The notes beneath the pieces are model-generated. The model ran no database searches, was not told the origin of the DNA, and was given only the letters and a program-made list of their open reading frames with translations. DNA of 10,501 bases from a candidate division WOR-3 bacterium (GTDB lineage Bacteria; Hydrothermota; Hydrothermia; B15-G9; WFZT01). This document shows positions 1-8,026 of the stretch, piece by piece. A program made the position numbers and the translations under genes. The stretch's first letter is position 1. Every line of letters starts with the position of its first letter. The stretch lies in the NCBI GenBank assembly GCA_027053075.1, contig JALUEE010000077.1, positions 1-10,501 on the forward strand. The letters are read 5' to 3'.

Positions 1-28
1 CCCAACTCGTGTGTATCCCTGAATCAAG

Positions 29-117
29 CTCTTGATGAAAAGAAAAATTTCAAGCGGAAAGCCCCCTCCCTTTGATTCCTCCCCTGCACAAGGCGCAGGG
101 GAGGGAAAAATTTTTGT
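29..117 (+). repeat. Subfamily A-like repeat with hairpin
   Basis: TTTCAAGCGGAAAGCCCCC followed by the stem CCTCCCCTGC (78-87)/GCAGGGGAGG (95-104) and GAA...TTTTTG; similar to 416-479. Confidence 0.6.
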
Positions 118-269
118 GTTGATTTTTAACTCTCGCTTCGCGAGTAATGGTCACCTTTTCTGGACACAAACAATTGTCCAAAATTCCATGCCCATAAAAG
201 TTAACCTTAACGAGGACTGCAGCGAATTTTTGGAATTCAGAGATTTATCCTGCCACTGATAAAAATCTT

Positions 270-320
270 CCTCTCCCCGCATAAATTTTTTGCGGGGAGA
301 GGCAAGGTGGGGGGTCACAT
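270..320 (+). repeat. REP-like hairpin, subfamily D
   Basis: 12-bp stem CCTCTCCCCGCA (270-281)/TGCGGGGAGAGG (291-302) with a G-rich tail. Related to the reverse complement of 5139-5186 and to 9458-9492. Confidence 0.65.
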
Positions 321-396
321 CTAAGAATTCTTTCAAATACAAATACATCAATCTCCCATACACACCTTCTGGGAAAGGACAGGGGATGAGAACTTA

Positions 397-503
397 CATC
401 TTGAATTTTTAAAGACTTTAAGCAGAAAGCCCCCCCTTGGTCCTTCCCGCGCGAAGCGCGGGGGAGGGAAGTGTTTTTGAGGTTGCGGGGAGAGGAGCCA
501 CTT
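397..503 (+). repeat. Subfamily A-like repeat with GCGAAGC-capped hairpin
   Basis: CATCTTGAATTTTTAA..TTTAAGCAGAAAGCCCCC, hairpin CCCGCGC-GAA-GCGCGGG (446-462), then GCGGGG...GGAGCCAC as in the 4597-4743 copy. Confidence 0.6.
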
Positions 504-540
504 TTTATTTTTAAAATTCCAATCAATAGTACATCTTTCT

Positions 541-579
541 GTGGCGGGGGCCACTTGCGAAGCAAGTGGGCCCCGCCAC
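541..579. repeat. GC-rich 18-bp hairpin with GAA loop (possible terminator or RNA-stabilising hairpin)
   Basis: GTGGCGGGGGCCACTTGC-GAA-GCAAGTGGGCCCCGCCAC pairs at 17/18 positions and shares its core with 4661-4681. Lies ~105 bp past the operon stop, but has no U-tract on the minus strand. Confidence 0.6.
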
Positions 580-683
580 TCTTTCTCACCACCAAACCCC
601 TAAAAGGTAAAACCGACTTGATGGACACCCCTCACTACCCACCCTCCATACGCTAAATTTTAAAAACCTCGTCTAACCCATCA

Positions 684-1493
684 TCAAAACACTGTCCCGG
701 CAAATCTCTCCTCTACTTCCCTGAGCTTACTGTATGGGAACACGGGGCCATCGATACATACATAGTAGGGCCCTATTCTACAATGACCACATTTTCCAAC
801 AGCACATTTCATATGATGCTCAAGCGAAAGGTAAATATTCTCTTCCCTGAACCCAAGCTCTAAGAGCCTTTTCACAGTGTAATACATCATGATTCCCGGA
901 CCGCACATTAAAGCAACTGAGTTGTAGGGATGTACCCGCTCAGGCCTCAGGAGATTGGTAACAACACCCACTTCTCCGCCCCAACTTCCATCTCCCACAT
1001 CCACCGTTAGATAAATGTCGATTTTATCCTTGAGCTCATTGAGAAGTTGCTTATATACAATATCCGCTGGAGTCCTTGCTCCGTAGAAGAGGCTGATTTT
1101 GTTCTTGCCCAGTACCTCGAGGATCACCGACATAAGCGGTGGCAGTCCTATTCCACCACCAACAAATACAAGATTTTTCTCACCAAACTCTTGAAGTGGG
1201 AATCCGTTGCCGAAAGGCCCCCTCAGTCCAATAGTGTCACCCACCTTTTTCTCAAAAAGAGCAGAAGTAACCGTGCCCACTTTCTTTACTGTAAAAACAA
1301 GCTCGTCACTTTTCGAAGGTGAAGCTATTGAAATGGGAATTTCGCCAACTCCCGGCACCCAGAGCTCAGCAAATTGTCCCGGTGTGTGACCTGCCCAGCC
1401 GTCTTTATCGAAGTAAAATGACCTCGTATCAGGAGTCTCCTCGACAATCTTTTTAATCTCCTCCAAAACCGGTTTGAATAGCGCGTGTCTCAT
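684..1493 (-). CDS. FAD/NAD(P)-binding oxidoreductase, AsrB / sulfhydrogenase gamma (HydG) / PyrK-like subunit
   Basis: 269 aa with an FAD-binding barrel (PGQF..W..GVGEIPISIAS, GLRGPFGNGF), an NAD-binding GGGIGLPP motif, MCGPGIMM and the C-terminal [2Fe-2S] motif MKCAVGKCGHC..YVCIDGPVF. Start overlaps the upstream stop (ATGA, 1490-1493). Confidence 0.9.
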   Translation of the reverse strand: MRHALFKPVLEEIKKIVEETPDTRSFYFDKDGWAGHTPGQFAELWVPGVGEIPISIASPSKSDELVFTVKKVGTVTSALFEKKVGDTIGLRGPFGNGFPLQEFGEKNLVFVGGGIGLPPLMSVILEVLGKNKISLFYGARTPADIVYKQLLNELKDKIDIYLTVDVGDGSWGGEVGVVTNLLRPERVHPYNSVALMCGPGIMMYYTVKRLLELGFREENIYLSLEHHMKCAVGKCGHCRIGPYYVCIDGPVFPYSKLREVEERFAGTVF

Positions 1494-2503
1494 AAGCCCT
1501 CCTCCCTGTCCATAAGAATGAGAAGTGATTCCATGTGGGCATCACCAATGCATGTCTGAATACATCTGCCGCAGCCTGTGCACGAAATCCTGCCATAAGG
1601 CTTGTTGATCTCCGGTGAGAGCTTGCATTCAAATCTAAACTGCATCCGGGAAGCTGCATCAGGCTTGGGATTTGACCCTGCCATTCGGTGGTATCCCTCA
1701 AGCAAACAGGAATCCCATTCCCTCCTCTGCTCTATATGGTCCTCAAACTGAAGGTCGAAGGTGTTAAAGCAGGAACAGGTTGGACACAGGTAATTGCACC
1801 CGCCGCATTTAAGGCAGAACTTGCCGAGCTCGCGCCAGATTTTTGAATCCTTGGAAACCTTAAAGTTGTAAAGATGCTTTTCTGCCCATGGACGCGGTGT
1901 GAATTTTTTAAGCGTTTCTCCTATCCTTTGCATGAGTTTTTCAATGAGCTCCTCTTCTGCATCCGGGAAGGAGCTGAGATAATCTTTGCCGGCCTTACTT
2001 CCGTGCTCTGCAAGGTAAATACCGTTCCCCACATCATTCACCTGAATATCAAAGCCGCTCTTTGCCACAGGGCCAGCCCCTGCCTCTTTGCAAAAACAGG
2101 TGGGAAGTGGGTCAAAACACGAAAATGTAACAAGAAGCGTATTCTCTCTCCTCGCCTTGTAATACGGGTCAGGGATATTGCCAAGATAGAATTTGTCTAA
2201 TATCAAAAGCCCCTCAAGGTCACAGGGACGAATTCCAAAAATCACCTTCTTCTTTGAAACTTCCTCGCTTTCCAGTTTTTCCCTGTATAACTTCAGCGTG
2301 GTCGCTTCCTGCGGGAAAAAGAAATCTTTTGGCGGCTTAAGCGTATTCACAAAACCGTCAAAGTCGCATTCACTGAAGGTTTCAACAGGGTTGAAAAAGA
2401 AATCGCCGCCATAGGGGGCACGTTTGGGGCCATAAATCTCATACCCCTCGTTTTTCCAGATTTCAAAAAGTTTTTCAAAATCCTGAGCAGTTAGCTTTTT
2501 CAT
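1490..2503 (-). CDS. 4Fe-4S dicluster protein, AsrA / sulfhydrogenase beta (HydB)-like subunit
   Basis: 337 aa with family motifs PPKDFFFP, FGIRPCDL, PDPYY..RRENT, C..P.PTCFC, CLKCGGCNYLCPTCSCF, R.WDSC and CTGCGRCIQTC. ATGA overlap with the FDH stop (2500-2503). Confidence 0.9.
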   Translation of the reverse strand: MKKLTAQDFEKLFEIWKNEGYEIYGPKRAPYGGDFFFNPVETFSECDFDGFVNTLKPPKDFFFPQEATTLKLYREKLESEEVSKKKVIFGIRPCDLEGLLILDKFYLGNIPDPYYKARRENTLLVTFSCFDPLPTCFCKEAGAGPVAKSGFDIQVNDVGNGIYLAEHGSKAGKDYLSSFPDAEEELIEKLMQRIGETLKKFTPRPWAEKHLYNFKVSKDSKIWRELGKFCLKCGGCNYLCPTCSCFNTFDLQFEDHIEQRREWDSCLLEGYHRMAGSNPKPDAASRMQFRFECKLSPEINKPYGRISCTGCGRCIQTCIGDAHMESLLILMDREEGL

Positions 2504-4536
2504 GATTCCTCCAGTTCAATTTTTACGGCCGCGACCTTTAAATCTGGCATTTTGGAATATGGATCAAGCGTGTTAGGCATCAGCAGGTTTACAGGTTCCT
2601 CAGGGAAATGCATGGGCATGAATGCCGTGTGTTTGCTCAACGAACCAAATTTCACGATGGCATGAATCCTGCCGCGTCGGGATTCGATTCTCACCCTCAT
2701 TCCTTCCCTTATACCCAATTCCTGCGCTTCGGATTTGTTCATAACAATATAGGGTTTCGGATATTCCCTCGAAAGTTCCGGGCTCTTGCCGGTCATGCTC
2801 CCAACATGCCAGTGGAAACCATGCCTGCCGGTAACAAGATAAAATGGATACTCGTCGTTTCTTTCATCAGAAGGTGGTCTGTAATGGACGAGGTGGAATT
2901 TCCCCTTACCTCTCGCAAAATTACCATCTTTGTGAAGATAAGGAGTACCCAGATGGTCCTTTGACCTTACAGGCCACTGGAGTCCCCATCTATATTCGAG
3001 TCTATCATAAGAAACCCCAGCGTAGATGGGCACGAGTGTTGCAATCTCATCCATAATTTCGGATGGATGGCTGTAATTCCAGTCGAATCCCATCTTTCTT
3101 GCAATCATGGACATTATTTCCCAGTCGGGCTTTGCCTCTCCTGGTGGGTCAACTGCCTTGCGAATCCTCTGGATTCTCCTTTCGGTATTGGTAAAAGTGC
3201 CGTCTTTTTCCGCCCATAGAGCGGCAGGGAGAATAATATCCGCCAGCTCCGCTGTTTTTGTCATAAAAATGTCCTGAACCACGAGAAATTCAAGGGATTT
3301 GAGTGCCTTCTGCACACGGGAGGCATCCGGGTCTGTCAGCACCGGGTCCTCTCCTGTTATGTACATGGCTTTTATCTTCCCCTCTAAAATCGCATCTGGA
3401 TACTCGCCGATGGTTAGTCCAGGGGTTGTCGGGATTTTTACACCCCATACCTTTTCAAATTTCTCTACCGTTTCGGGGTCAGTGTATCTCTGATAACCGG
3501 GGAGGAATTCAGCAAGAACTGCCATATCCGAGGCACCCTGAACGTTGTTCTGTCCGCGAAGTGGATTTACACCTGTGGACGGTTTCCCTATATTTCCGGT
3601 CAGGAGGGCAAGGTTTGCAAGGGAAAGCACGTTCTCGGTTCCCGTAAGATGCTCTGTAACACCGAGGCAGTAAATGATGGAAGCGGGCTCAATGGTCGCA
3701 TACATACGCGCAACCTTCTCAACAAGGTCAAGAGAAATTCCTGTGATTCCGGGAACACTTGAGAGGTCAAAGTCCTTGAGGAATTTCAAATACTCGTCAA
3801 ATCCCTCTGTGTGCTCTCTGATGAATTGCTCGTTGTGAAGCCCGTTCTCGACAATGATTTTTGCCATTGCTGTAAAAAGGATTATGTCAGAATTGGGCTG
3901 CAATGGAAGATGAATATCAGAAATTTCAGCAAGGTCGGTGCTACGCGGGTCAACCACCACAAGCTTTGCCCCTTTCCGGATAGCTCTGATAATTCTACGA
4001 GCAATCAGAGGATGTGCCTCAGTGGTATTTGCACCTACAACGAGCAGCATCTTTGCGTCTTCGATTTCGGCAATGGAGTTTGTCATGGCACCTGAGCCAA
4101 ATGCCATGGAGAGTCCGGTTACAGTGGGGGAATGGCAAATTCTTGCGCAATGGTCAACGTTATTTGTTCCAAGCACGGCACGTGCAAATTTCTGGATAAG
4201 GAAGTTTTCTTCGTTGGTGTATCTCGCGGAGCCGATGACTGCAAAGGCATCCGGGCCGTATTTGTCCTTAATCTCCTGGAATTTTTCTGCAACGATGGAG
4301 ATTGCCTCGTCCCACGAGATGCGCTTGAATTGTGAGCCTTCCTTTTTGAGCGGGAACTTCAACCTGTCCGGGTGGTGGATGGTTTGATACGCATGCCACC
4401 CCTTAATGCAGAGTCCACCCTCATTTATTGGGTGATTTAAAGATGGGGTGAGGCCAACCACCCGGCCATCTGATACCTCCAGATAGAAGTTACACCCTAC
4501 GGCACAGTAGGGACAAACTGTTAGGACCTGTTTCAT
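2500..4536 (-). CDS. fdhF: Formate dehydrogenase catalytic alpha subunit (FdhF/FdhA type, Mo/W-bis-PGD, Cys ligand)
   Basis: N-terminal CPYCAVGC..GLCIKG [4Fe-4S] motif, active-site NVDHCARICH, LRGQNNVQGA, EKDGTFTNTERR and a C-terminal molybdopterin-binding domain. Start placed at ATG 4536 (MKQVLTVC) because an AAGGAG RBS precedes it. No Tat signal, so likely cytoplasmic. Confidence 0.93.
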   Translation of the reverse strand: MKQVLTVCPYCAVGCNFYLEVSDGRVVGLTPSLNHPINEGGLCIKGWHAYQTIHHPDRLKFPLKKEGSQFKRISWDEAISIVAEKFQEIKDKYGPDAFAVIGSARYTNEENFLIQKFARAVLGTNNVDHCARICHSPTVTGLSMAFGSGAMTNSIAEIEDAKMLLVVGANTTEAHPLIARRIIRAIRKGAKLVVVDPRSTDLAEISDIHLPLQPNSDIILFTAMAKIIVENGLHNEQFIREHTEGFDEYLKFLKDFDLSSVPGITGISLDLVEKVARMYATIEPASIIYCLGVTEHLTGTENVLSLANLALLTGNIGKPSTGVNPLRGQNNVQGASDMAVLAEFLPGYQRYTDPETVEKFEKVWGVKIPTTPGLTIGEYPDAILEGKIKAMYITGEDPVLTDPDASRVQKALKSLEFLVVQDIFMTKTAELADIILPAALWAEKDGTFTNTERRIQRIRKAVDPPGEAKPDWEIMSMIARKMGFDWNYSHPSEIMDEIATLVPIYAGVSYDRLEYRWGLQWPVRSKDHLGTPYLHKDGNFARGKGKFHLVHYRPPSDERNDEYPFYLVTGRHGFHWHVGSMTGKSPELSREYPKPYIVMNKSEAQELGIREGMRVRIESRRGRIHAIVKFGSLSKHTAFMPMHFPEEPVNLLMPNTLDPYSKMPDLKVAAVKIELEES

Positions 4537-4556
4537 AAAAGAGCTCCTTTTGAGTG

Positions 4557-4586
4557 ATTTTATGACAACCAATCAAAACCTGTCAA
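4557..4586 (-). promoter_or_regulatory. Sigma70-type promoter of the fdh operon
   Basis: TTGACA (4586-4581)-N18-TAAAAT (4562-4557), directly upstream of the RBS. Confidence 0.65.
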
Positions 4587-4596
4587 GTGAAGGCAA

Positions 4597-4743
4597 GCCT
4601 GTTTGAAAATTCACTTTCTGTAATCTACATTCTCGGAACAACTGGCTCCACGACCCCGCTCCCACTCGCTTTGCAAGTGGGAGCGGGGTCGTGGGCGGGA
4701 AGGGGCATTGCGCTTGAAAATTAAAAATTCAAGATGAAGATCA
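4597..4743 (-). repeat. Hairpin-bearing repeat element, subfamily A
   Basis: End motif GCCTGTTTGAAAA at 4597-4609 and a 22-bp stem hairpin at 4648-4694 with one mismatch. 4721-4736 is the exact reverse complement of 397-412. Flanks are homologous to 9421-9548. Confidence 0.7.
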
Positions 4744-4784
4744 CCTGCCACTGGTTTTATCTTTCAATTTATCCAGGAAATTCA

Positions 4785-5128
4785 GCCTGTTCGAAAATGT
4801 TCCTCTGGTTATTTTGTAGCTACGAGTGAATAGATTTACTAAAAAGTGAGGTTAAACAAGTTTCTACAAGCATTGTAAGTAGAGAACTCCCTCCCTTCCT
4901 CCGGAAGGGAGGGTTGGGGTGGAATGGATAAATGTGATATCAATGTATGTTCAGGAATATAGCTCCATTAGACATTCCAAATCCAAGAATTGTTAATTTT
5001 ACCCCATTCTCCCCTGCCCCTCCTTCCCCGGGGAAGGAGGGAGAATTTTCGATGGGTCTGCTACAATTAATGGGATTATGAGAGTCTTTTAAAAAGATGC
5101 AACTTAAATTTAGGTATTTCTAACAGGG
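4785..5128 (-). mobile_element. MITE-like element, subfamily B copy 1 (344 bp), with imperfect TIRs and two inverted GC-rich hairpin units
   Basis: Ends are GCCTGTTCGAAAA (4785-4797) and ATTTCTAACAGGG (5116-5128). Its reverse complement is colinear with 9553-9916 along the whole length. Hairpin units at ~4887-4927 and ~5001-5045 face each other. Confidence 0.8.
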
Positions 5129-5138
5129 TCCAGGAAAT

Positions 5139-5186
5139 ATGTGGCCCCTTCTTTATCCTCTCCCCATGAGTATTTATGTGGGGGGC
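5139..5186 (-). repeat. REP-like hairpin, subfamily D (degenerate)
   Basis: Minus strand reads GCCCCCCACATAAATACTCATGGGGAGAGGATAAAGAAGGGGCCACAT, colinear with 274-320. Confidence 0.6.
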
Positions 5187-5247
5187 TTTTGGAAATGGAC
5201 ATACTCAAAGAGGGTTATACAGCCTCAGAACCATCAACCTCGCCCGA

Positions 5248-5364
5248 GCTAGTTCAAAAATTCCCCCCTATCCTCCCCCACGCACAAAGTGCGTGGGGGG
5301 AGGAATAAGGTGGGGGGCAAATTTTTCATTAAAAATCAAAGGTTTTGCAATTTTTCGAACAGGC
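5248..5364. mobile_element. Mini MITE-like element, subfamily C (117 bp)
   Basis: Ends are GCTAGTTCAAAAA (5248-5260) and TTTTCGAACAGGC (5352-5364). Central hairpin TCCTCCCCCACGCAC-AAA-GTGCGTGGGGGGAGGA at 5271-5304. Confidence 0.7.
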
Positions 5365-5398
5365 TCACCCCGCCCCATAGCAAAGCTCTGGTGATTGA

Positions 5399-6691
5399 TC
5401 AGGATGATTTCTGGTTGTCAGATTTGTCGATGTCTCTAACTATTTCATCAAAGTACTTTATAAAGATGTCCACAACATGGGGATCAAATTTCTTTCCACT
5501 CTGTTCTTTGAGGTATTCAAGGGCTTTCTCTTTCGGCCACGCCTTCCTGTAAGGACGGTCGGTCGTAAGGGCATCCCAGTTGTCAGCCACGGCAAAAATT
5601 CTGGCTGGTAATGGAATCTCCTCACCCTTCAATCCCTCGGGATAACCCGTGCCGTCCCAGTTTTCATGATGATAAAGTGGAATTGCAAGTGCAGGTCTGA
5701 GGGGTTCAAGGTCCTTCAGCATTTCATAAGCATAAATAGGGTGTCTATTCATAATGGCCCTTTCCTCTGGTGTGAGGGGACCGGGTTTGAACAAAATATC
5801 ATCTGGAATGGCTATTTTGCCAATATCGTGGAGCAATGCCCCATAGTGCACATACCTAATTTCTTCCTCATTAAGGCCCAATTTCCTGGCAAGATTAACA
5901 GAAATATTTGTCACTCTGCGACTGTGTCCTTCAGTCTCTCTATCTCTTAGTTCCAGCATTCGGGCCCAGCCCTCGAGCGTTGCCTGATATGCTTTTTCAG
6001 CCTCAGATCGCATATAATTTATTGCTTCAACCACGCTGGTTAGCTCGTCATTTTTCGTATATTTGTTAACGGGGCGATTTAAAGTTAAAGGAGGCTGATA
6101 CTTTCCCAATTTGAGATTCCTTGTATATTCCTTGATCGTTATCAAATGCCTGGAAACGAGACGCCAGAACAGATGTATGATCCCAACAGTGATAATAAAC
6201 ATCAGCAATACACTCTGAAGGAAGAAGGTCAGAAAGGAGGACACAGTTTCCCTGAGAGCCGCCTCTTTTGAGGCGACAACAGTAAGCTTGCCGAGATAAA
6301 CTTTTTTATCCCCGTCCTGATAATATAGAGGTATTGTCTTTTCTATGTCATTGTGATGACCACGAGGCGGTTTCCCGGCACTGACAATTGTATTCCCGTG
6401 TTCGTCAGTAATCTGAACAAACACAATATTATCATTGAGCAAAAATCCCTTTACTATGAGGGCAAGCTCCCGGGTATCATATATCCATAAGCTTTGTTCA
6501 ATGGATGATTCACTGGTTTTAACGATATTATCAACTGTATTCTCGATAATGGACACTTTGCTTCGGTAGTACCGATAAGACAAAACGAACGAAAGCACTA
6601 TTGCGGTTATCATCCCCAGGGAGACCACATATAGTGCGAAACGCTTTCCTATTTCACTTTTTAATTCTTCCAGCTTTGGCATCAATCTCAC
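5399..6691 (-). CDS. Membrane-anchored HD-GYP c-di-GMP phosphodiesterase (2 TM, extracytoplasmic sensor, HAMP-like linker)
   Basis: Two hydrophobic helices flanking a ~110 aa domain, a HAMP-like segment (NDEL..V..AIN.M), then ETEGHSRRV, LLHDIGK, HHENWDGTGYPEGL and DALTTDRPY. GTG 6691 overlaps the upstream stop (GTGA); ATG 6682 is an alternative start. Confidence 0.92.
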   Translation of the reverse strand: MRLMPKLEELKSEIGKRFALYVVSLGMITAIVLSFVLSYRYYRSKVSIIENTVDNIVKTSESSIEQSLWIYDTRELALIVKGFLLNDNIVFVQITDEHGNTIVSAGKPPRGHHNDIEKTIPLYYQDGDKKVYLGKLTVVASKEAALRETVSSFLTFFLQSVLLMFIITVGIIHLFWRLVSRHLITIKEYTRNLKLGKYQPPLTLNRPVNKYTKNDELTSVVEAINYMRSEAEKAYQATLEGWARMLELRDRETEGHSRRVTNISVNLARKLGLNEEEIRYVHYGALLHDIGKIAIPDDILFKPGPLTPEERAIMNRHPIYAYEMLKDLEPLRPALAIPLYHHENWDGTGYPEGLKGEEIPLPARIFAVADNWDALTTDRPYRKAWPKEKALEYLKEQSGKKFDPHVVDIFIKYFDEIVRDIDKSDNQKSS

Positions 6692-7629
6692 TTCTTGTTA
6701 TAAACATCTGGGCTCGGTAACCCGGCGTTTTCGATAATATGCTGAATAGTTCCATCCAACTGCATCTGATGAATGGTTTTATTGAAATCATCGATTATCT
6801 TTACATACGGCGAACCTTTTCTAATTAGAAGCCTGAAAGCGATGGTGCTCAAAGGGTATGGATTTACAATGATCTGTTTGTATCCTTCCGACAGTGAATC
6901 TCCAATTCTTATTTTCTTTCTGATGAAGTATGCCCCAGTAAACCCGTTGGCAATATAAACATCTGCGCGACCTTTAATGAGCATAAAAAATGCATTATCC
7001 ATGTCTGGCACCCAGATTATTTTGGCCCCCTGCAGGTTTTCTTCCGTCCATCCAGAGCCAATCGTTTCAACTACCCTAAATGACCGGAGTTGTTTTAGAG
7101 ATCTGATAGCCATGATTTCATCTATACGAGGGTCATTCCTATTTGCGAATATCTCTTCAGAGGCGAGAAGAATGGGGTCGGAGGCTACAAAATACCGCTT
7201 TCGTTTTTTTGTGAGGGCTGTAACCAGCCCATCGGCGTCACCTTCAATTACGATTTTCTGGGCTCGGGGCCATGGGTAAAGTCTTACTTTATGAGGAATT
7301 CCCATACGCTGGAATGCTTCATTTACTATTTCATAAAAAATGCCGGCAGGCTTTCCGTCCGGTCCACGATAGATAAGTGGTGGATAATTTTCATCATCCA
7401 CCCAGCAAAACGGCCTTTTCCCCCTCACTGAAGGAGCTGGTGGAACTGACTTAGAAATGGTTGTGGACGACGCAGATGTTTCTGCCTGCTCAGGAGTGGG
7501 ATTGACCAAAACGAGTGTATCGGCTTTGGATAAAGGGGTAGGCTGGGGTTTATGTTGCCTGCAAACTGAGAGTAAGACAACTAAATCAACGATAATGACT
7601 AAAACAACATATAGAATAAACCTTTTCAT
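6688..7629 (-). CDS. Extracytoplasmic solute-binding protein (SBP family 3-like) with N-terminal membrane anchor and Pro/Ser/Thr-rich linker
   Basis: Hydrophobic N-terminus and a PST-rich linker, then NYPPLIY..DGKPAGIFYEI, YPWPRA....EGDADG, ML.KGRADV and DFNKTI.QM..DGTIQ.I, typical of SBP_bac_3. Strong AGGAGGTG RBS upstream. Confidence 0.85.
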   Translation of the reverse strand: MKRFILYVVLVIIVDLVVLLSVCRQHKPQPTPLSKADTLVLVNPTPEQAETSASSTTISKSVPPAPSVRGKRPFCWVDDENYPPLIYRGPDGKPAGIFYEIVNEAFQRMGIPHKVRLYPWPRAQKIVIEGDADGLVTALTKKRKRYFVASDPILLASEEIFANRNDPRIDEIMAIRSLKQLRSFRVVETIGSGWTEENLQGAKIIWVPDMDNAFFMLIKGRADVYIANGFTGAYFIRKKIRIGDSLSEGYKQIIVNPYPLSTIAFRLLIRKGSPYVKIIDDFNKTIHQMQLDGTIQHIIENAGLPSPDVYNKK

Positions 7630-7839
7630 TCTATCACCTCCTGCTACGGAAGGGAATGGATCTATGCCCTGCCCCTTCCACTATTAACTTAATTTCAAGA
7701 TAGCGCACTCAGCAACCTCTTATTGCTGGCTGATAAATGCGATTTTTCTCTGTTAAAATCATATTCATCTCAGGGATGTCAGATTTTAAAAAGGGCCTGC
7801 AACTACTGTCATTCATTAGAATTAGCGTAAATTGGTCTT

Positions 7840-7869
7840 TTTATAAAGTTATTTAACTTTATATGTCAA
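7840..7869 (-). promoter_or_regulatory. Putative sigma70 promoter of the SBP/HD-GYP operon
   Basis: TTGACA (7869-7864)-N18-TATAAA (7845-7840); implies a leader of about 200 nt. Confidence 0.5.
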
Positions 7870-7879
7870 GAAGGGATCA

Positions 7880-7950
7880 GCTTGTTCGAAAATGTAGCCT
7901 CCGCCCCCACGCACTTCGTGCGTGGGGGCGGAGGCAGGTGTGAGGATGGG
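7880..7950. repeat. Subfamily C-related repeat: end motif plus perfect 18-bp hairpin
   Basis: 7877-7895 matches 4782-4800 at 18/19 positions. Stem 7897-7914/7918-7935 with loop TTC shares the CCCCCACGCAC/GTGCGTGGGGG core with 5275-5299. No clear second end. Confidence 0.7.
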
Positions 7951-7962
7951 AAAAGCTATGGA

Positions 7963-7992
7963 TTGACCGGACCGTTGTTCAAGTATTAGAAT
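7963..7992 (+). promoter_or_regulatory. Putative sigma70 promoter of cfa
   Basis: TTGACC (7963-7968)-N18-TAGAAT (7987-7992). Confidence 0.5.
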
Positions 7993-8026
7993 TTGATTGA
8001 AAGGTTATTTAAAAAGGAGGATGAAA

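Noticed and set aside
32..656. Short ORFs (32-259, 151-363, 245-628, 348-554, 471-656)
   Set aside because: They run through palindromic repeats, overlap each other, and show no recognisable motif or good RBS.
1..680. CRISPR array or tRNA in the hairpin-rich region
   Set aside because: Repeats are not identical or regularly spaced, and no cloverleaf/TTC loop-CCA pattern is present.
4133..4150. Selenocysteine in FDH
   Set aside because: The active site reads CARICH with a Cys codon; there is no in-frame TGA.
4597..5364. Integron attC sites
   Set aside because: The hairpins lack RYYYAAC/GTTRRRY boxes, neighbouring genes have their own promoters, and no integrase is present.
5176..5552. ORFs 5176-5394 and 5289-5552
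   Set aside because: They read through repeat DNA or antisense to the HD-GYP gene, with no protein-like features.
7630..7835. c-di-GMP riboswitch upstream of the HD-GYP operon
   Set aside because: I could not find the class I GG..AAA/GNRA-receptor pattern or a class II pattern by eye; an Rfam scan would be decisive.
5365..7879. Composite transposon carrying SBP/HD-GYP
   Set aside because: The nearest end motifs (5364, 7880) belong to elements extending away from the cassette, and I found no outer right end or target duplication enclosing it.
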